A DNA stretch of 57,188 nucleotides, counting the filler, from Bipalium vagum (taxonomy: Eukaryota), in the NCBI GenBank assembly GCA_037834085.1. It is 3 parts of 3 records of this genome, joined end to end, with 100 filler letters (N's around TTAATTAATTAA, not from the genome) between each part and the next. Parts side by side here need not be neighbours in the genome. Positions count along the whole stretch, not along the records: positions 38,705 to 57,188 come from JBBMKC010027521.1; 2 more parts are not named here. One strand, written 5' to 3'. The notes below the pieces were generated by a model. That model was not told the origin of the DNA, did not search any database, and saw only the letters and a list, made by a program, of their open reading frames with translations. Each line of letters opens with the position of its first letter. Position 1 is the stretch's first letter. Positions 51,637 through 57,188 of the stretch are shown here, piece by piece. A program made the translations under genes and the position numbers.

Positions 51637-53751
51637 TCAATGAGAATTTATATTGCTTGATTTACTTAATAAATTAGTACGTTTCACAGTTTGACTTTCT
51701 TCTCTTACACTATTTGTAACTTTTGTGGTACTTCTTGAAGTTCTTTTCTCATCCTTCATTTCATCAAACATCTTTCGTCTTAAGTCGAACTGATCCATCA
51801 TTTGTTGATCAAATGCTGTATTTTCTGATAAAAATTCGTTCTCATTTTGATGGAGGGTCGTTGAGTTAGTGTAAACGTTACTAGACCGAGTACTTGAGTT
51901 CTGGTTGACTGAATTGACCTGATTTGAACACGACGTGGATGTCGTTGCGATTGATGAAAAATGTGTAGATTCTCTTATAATAATTTTTTTCGACACTGAA
52001 GATTGTTGAATACATTGTTTAGAAAAATTCGTACTTTCATCTTCAACAAAAGTTTTAGATGAAGTTGAATGTACTGTCGATGTGTGAGTTTTAGAGGTAT
52101 TCGTAGAGCCGATCTTATTATTAGGGATATTGTCTTCATTTATCTTATTCCTTAAATTTTGTGGTTCGAACGATCTCTGATTTTGGCTTGATGTCGAAAT
52201 ATTATTTTTTGTTAAAATTGACGAGTTACTGTTTGCAAACTCAGATTGAGTAGAGTTGTAATTGTTAGATGACTGAGATGTTAGATTGGTTTTCTGTTGA
52301 CTAATCAAATCCTTTGATACTTTAGCTGAATTTTGGATGTTCTTTCTTAAGTCTGGTTTCGTAGAACTTGGTGGTGGAGGTGGAGGTCCAGGTGGAAGGA
52401 ACAGATCCGAGCAATTAGTTGAGGCAGTGGAAAATGGCTTAGTTTTCTCATTATCAAAGTTGACTTTGTGATTATCGTACTTTGAATTAAAGCCACTAGT
52501 GACATCATTGTCTTTTGACCTCTTCCTAGTTACATGGGAAATATTGGTCTTAGTACTAATTTTATCTGATTTTCTTATACAATTGTTGCTTTGAGAAGAA
52601 ACATTTGAGTTATATTTAGTGGAGATCTGTTCGTTTTTTTCACCACTTGATTTAATAAAACTTGAATTTTTCACAAAGGAAACTTTTTCATTCTCAAGGT
52701 ATGTTGAGATAACACTTTTGTTGGGTTTAGGAAGTAGTGGTGGTGGAGTTCTTTTGACACAAGAAATGTCCGGTTTACAAGCACTTGGAATTTTGTTTTG
52801 AGAATTATTTGAAAAATTATTACTTTCACCATTGAATTCTGAACTCCTATTTAGGTTTTTCAGAAAACCTTTTGTACCTTTCGTATTAATCTGGTTTATT
52901 GCACTATGTAATTCACTTGTCAAATCTGTTTTTTTCGTTGGGGCTAAGTCGGAAGTAGTGGACGGAGACTTATTTGACGTTTGTGAGCATTCAATTTTAC
53001 CATTAGTGGGAATTTTTAAAACTTGCTTTTCTAAATTGCTTTCATGACTAGTCTCTGATTTAGAATTGATATTTGAAATTTTTGATTGTGATGTGACGGT
53101 TGATGGATTTGGTGGTGGAGGTCCAGGAGGAGGAGGAGGAGGTGGTGGTGGTGTGTCACCAGAAATTGATAAAGGCTGAGACATATTTTTAAAACTTTTT
53201 TCTTGTTCAACATTTTCTGGCCTCTCTAAATTCGTGTCAAAACTTATTTTATTTGGAAATCCGTTTATATCTGCAGTTGTAGAACAAATCATTTTGTCTG
53301 AATTTCGTGCTGTGAAAGTTTCATTTCTTCTGGTACTCTCCTTTTCGCGAAAAGGGTGTTTCTTAAGATATGATGAAAGATTTTGTATGTTTTCAGATTT
53401 TTCTTTCTTTTTCATATCAGACAAGGGTTTCGACCACAAGAAAAAATCTTGAGAATTTGCTGAATCTGTAGTACCGTTATTCTCTTTTAGTTTTTTATTT
53501 TTATACATTAATATTTCTTGAAATGGTCTAACGGGACAAAAATCTTGCTCTTTTATAAAAGAATAATTATCTGGACCATCTTTATTCCTGTCTTCTAGAA
53601 CTCTCATATTGCTAAACTTGTTTGTAGTAGATTGTCTTCTTGTTTCAAAATCTTCATCTGGATGAAAAGAATTATCGAAATTCCTTAAGTCATCAAAGGT
53701 ATCCTGGTTTATTCTTTGCGCATTATTCGTTTTTTGTTTGTTATTCTTCAT
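51637..53751 (-). CDS. Intronless 704-aa low-complexity Ser/Asn/Thr/Lys-rich protein with polyproline tracts and a WH2-like motif (possible actin regulator)
   Basis: A 2115-nt uninterrupted ORF from ATG in very AT-rich DNA. It has tracts PPPPPPPPPGPPPP, TPPPLLPKP and LFLPPGPPPPP, and the segment SELHSAINQINTKGTKGFLKNL (helix followed by an LKxx-like motif). Function is inferred only. Confidence 0.75.
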   Translation of the reverse strand: MKNNKQKTNNAQRINQDTFDDLRNFDNSFHPDEDFETRRQSTTNKFSNMRVLEDRNKDGPDNYSFIKEQDFCPVRPFQEILMYKNKKLKENNGTTDSANSQDFFLWSKPLSDMKKKEKSENIQNLSSYLKKHPFREKESTRRNETFTARNSDKMICSTTADINGFPNKISFDTNLERPENVEQEKSFKNMSQPLSISGDTPPPPPPPPPGPPPPNPSTVTSQSKISNINSKSETSHESNLEKQVLKIPTNGKIECSQTSNKSPSTTSDLAPTKKTDLTSELHSAINQINTKGTKGFLKNLNRSSEFNGESNNFSNNSQNKIPSACKPDISCVKRTPPPLLPKPNKSVISTYLENEKVSFVKNSSFIKSSGEKNEQISTKYNSNVSSQSNNCIRKSDKISTKTNISHVTRKRSKDNDVTSGFNSKYDNHKVNFDNEKTKPFSTASTNCSDLFLPPGPPPPPPSSTKPDLRKNIQNSAKVSKDLISQQKTNLTSQSSNNYNSTQSEFANSNSSILTKNNISTSSQNQRSFEPQNLRNKINEDNIPNNKIGSTNTSKTHTSTVHSTSSKTFVEDESTNFSKQCIQQSSVSKKIIIRESTHFSSIATTSTSCSNQVNSVNQNSSTRSSNVYTNSTTLHQNENEFLSENTAFDQQMMDQFDLRRKMFDEMKDEKRTSRSTTKVTNSVREESQTVKRTNLLSKSSNINSH

Positions 53752-56700
53752 TTATTGTTAAATACTTATTATGCGACCAAGTACTCTTTTTATACCAAAG
53801 TACATAATTTAAATACGGAAACTTAAATATATAACGGAAATAAATTTTACGTATTTTTCCAAAAAATATTATTATTATTATTATTATTTCAATAAAGCGA
53901 AAATGGTTTGTTAACGTAACAAAATAAATTAATTAAAATGGAAACGTGGATTGCTAAATTAAAAATAATTTTGAACGAAATTCTAAAAAAAAACAATGCT
54001 AAGAGTTTTACAAAAATTGATCCCTTTGTTCATACATTTCTATATTATTGTTAATATTTTATTATTAAAGAGCTCTGTTTATATGTCTAAACATATTTTT
54101 ATTCTGGTTATATTCTGTCAAATTTTAAAATTTTTAATTCAAGCAACCTTTCTTGTAATGAAATGAATTGCTGTTCAGTGATAGTCGTGCGGATAAATCA
54201 ATAAACACAGAACAAAATAAAATATATTAAACGTAAACTGGAAATAACGAAAAATGTCAATATTAATCATTCAACAATCCACGAATTATTAGTCTAAAAT
54301 TCTCTAATACTCCGCTAAGATAACGCCAACTGTTTTATTGTAAAAATGCTTCATTCAACTTCCGATGAAACGCCAATCATAAAAAGAATAATAAATTTTG
54401 AGGTTTATTATGTAAATAAATAAATTTCTTATTATAATGATAATAATTATTATTTCTTATTATAATAAAAATTCTGGACGTATTTATAAAAATATCTATA
54501 ATAACTTATTTAAAGACCTTCAAAGTGAAAATTGGTAAATCTGAAAAATCACGTGGAAATGGATTTCAAAGAAATTAGCATCAATAATTATAAAAAAGAG
54601 ATTTATTTTAAAAATTTAGAATCAAACTTAATCAAAATAAGAAAAATTTGATTGAAAACCAGAAAAGGTTTGTTTCAATTAACTTAGGTCATAAGCACAG
54701 TCATATACATTTCAGCCGTTATTTGAAAATTTTAAACAGATTTTCAAGGAAAAAATCTAGACAACCCACCAAGCCATGTATTAGAAATCATGATCATTTT
54801 CAGAAAGCCTTAAGAAAAGGTCTGATTTGAAGAGGAAAAAATTGAATAGAAACATAATAGAAATGCTACCTAGAATCTTTTAATTGAAAAAAAGTGTGGT
54901 AAAAAAGGAAGAAATGATGAAGAGCGAGGAAAGTGTGAAAAATAATAAGAAATGAAACTTATAATATCTGTTAAGAATAATTCTAGGCATCATAAGTATC
55001 GATATCATCATGTATAAAAATATCTAATTACCACTATCTTTGAATCAGAAAGCAGAGAAGATTAAAAAAGAGAAAATTATGGAAACCAATCTTTTATAGT
55101 TGCAACACCAATGTGTGATCAAGATCTATTGACAGATCAACTTCAATAGTATATATTATTATTGAAAAGGAACTCTAAAACAACAGGTTTTATAAAATTT
55201 TGATTATTGTTCTAAACAATTTTGGCTTCTCAAACATGTTCAATATATTTTTTTGAAAATCTGATATATTTTCTCAGGAGACGTTAGGTAAATTGATTCT
55301 TCCAAGACTATCAGCATTGGATGCATTCAACATTGAGAACGACTAGCTAGCATTCTTTGGATTTCTTATATTCATACTTATCGTCAACAAGTAAATATAT
55401 CGATTTAAAATGTAACCAATGATCTGATGACAATACAAGTTGAGAGAAATTTTGATATTAAAACTCTATTTCACCAGGCCGCCGGTATTTCCAACTAGAT
55501 GAATGAACAATTAAGGCCCAAATCATCGCGTCAGATGGGGATGAAGTTCAGAAACTAAAAGTTTAAACCACTCAAATTCTTACACTTCACCGACAGTAAA
55601 GTAAGTCTTCTACAAGCGATCTAATGCCAAAACGCAAATCATATAAAATGATTTAAACATCCACACTATTCTCAAAGCGAGGTTTGAGTTCAAATATATT
55701 TCTAATCCGCATTCGCTGTAAAAACAAAGAATAATAATGTTGCCTCTTTGTGAGGTTGGCACGAATTATCATTATCTATGGGCGAGATTCAGACTTAGAG
55801 GGGTTCAGTCTTAATCTCTCCGATGTAGCTTTGTGCCATTGACCATTTGATTAAGCACTTTCATTTCAAAATTTTTCTTTTTAGATATGTAATAATAAAA
55901 AATAAATTCAATTTAATGTGATAAAATATTAGTGAAGCATCTTAGTTTGATATTAGATCAATAATCATTCGCCGAATAATAAACGAGAATTGAAAAAAAA
56001 ATATTTTCACTGGGTCAAAATCATACGTTAAAACCAACAGATGGATAATGTTGATGTACTTTTACACCCAGTAACATTTGTGCTAATCTCAATCAATTGA
56101 CAATACCTTACACAATAAGTCGATTACAAACAATATGGTAATAATACAAATCAATTCGAAATGCGGAAACATTAAACTTTAAATAAAAAACTTTTAATAA
56201 ACACCCTTACCCATTCACACACATGAACAAATATATATATAGTCTACTCCCTCTACCTTGAACAGTCAATGAAATCGACTCACCTTCATCTCTTATAACG
56301 AGAGTTCATTAAATACATTAATTTAATATTTTTATATTATAGGAATACATTAAATGATAGTACAGAAAAAGAATAAGTTTTTAAAACTGTATTTATTATT
56401 TTCCTAAATTTTAGATAATATTAATCTTCTAACAATAAAAAAGATTTTTCAAATTTTATTCAATAAAGAAAAAATTAAAGTTTTGCAGTGTTTCGAAAGA
56501 AATGCAATAGACTAGAATTTCACATTTCATGCTGATTACAAAAATCAATAAATGATTCGATATCATCATTCCTGTTGCACTAAGTACAGACGCAACTTAT
56601 TTATTGAATCCATGGCATTGCTGTCAAAAATGTTTGGTATCGGATTATCAATAGCTTCAATATCATTATAGTCATAATTGATTTTATTAATATCATAATT

Positions 56701-56859
56701 TTGTTGGTCTTTAATATGATCAATGATATCAGATTCTGTTAAAATTGAACATGTAAACGTTAATGGGCTAGTATTGTCCTCAAAAAGTATATAAACTTTA
56801 AACTATAAAAAAAAATGAACCAGTGCCTGATAAAAATAAATGAATGTCATACTAGAAAC

Positions 56860-57188
56860 AAATGAAATTTTTCAAGATTTTTCAAAAACCAACATGCATA
56901 AAGCAATTTTAATTGTGGCAGGTTTTACAATAGACCAAGCATTTTTGAACTTAAATAAAGCATCCAATAAATATCAAATCAGAAGAAATATTTCCTCATT
57001 GTTCTTTCCCTCAAATATACAAATTATGATGACATCATAAATGTCTTATATAAGTCCGTGTAAAGCACATAGTAACATATCAGGAAATGTTTAATTACCA
57101 AAAAATATTTTTCAACAAAAGTATATAGAATCGGTTGTTGAGAGTAATGAAATTTGTGAGAGCTGTCTGTCAATCAGGAAACACCATT
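56860..57188 (-). mobile_element. pogo/Tigger DDE C-terminal remnant
   Basis: Minus-strand LLDALFKFKNAWSIVKPATIK matches the Tigger/Jerky-like LDA....AW..V...TI motif. Confidence 0.45.

Noticed and set aside
1-57188. CRISPR arrays, rRNA genes or prokaryotic systems
   Set aside because: No repeat-spacer arrays or rRNA-like sequence; spliceosomal introns show the DNA is eukaryotic.

Overview
This is AT-rich eukaryotic DNA, probably metazoan, with mostly 42-75 bp GT-AG introns. It is split into three blocks by two artificial 100-bp linkers (N44-TTAATTAATTAA-N44). Four host genes can be supported. (1) A complete 16-exon midasin (MDN1/Rea1) on the minus strand, about 4798 aa by my splice model. 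(2) The 3' half of a K+-dependent Na/Ca exchanger (SLC24/NCKX) on the plus strand. (3) A multi-exon minus-strand gene whose C-terminus resembles FRS2/Gab-type docking adaptors. (4) An intronless 704-aa Ser/Asn/Pro-rich protein. The rest is mostly decayed DNA transposons (mariner, maT/DD37D, pogo, possibly hAT), faint LTR/LINE remnants and microsatellites. Most notable: the midasin looks remodelled. Its N-terminal domain is replaced by micro-exons encoding a bipartite classical NLS, the MIDAS-loop PY-NLS has lost its PY, and the AAA6 helical insert is absent. A pogo element just downstream of MDN1 has captured a 412-bp intron-containing piece of MDN1 in place of its first catalytic Asp. An 80-bp-arm palindrome is built from mariner ends. 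All gene models are manual and need RNA-seq confirmation.
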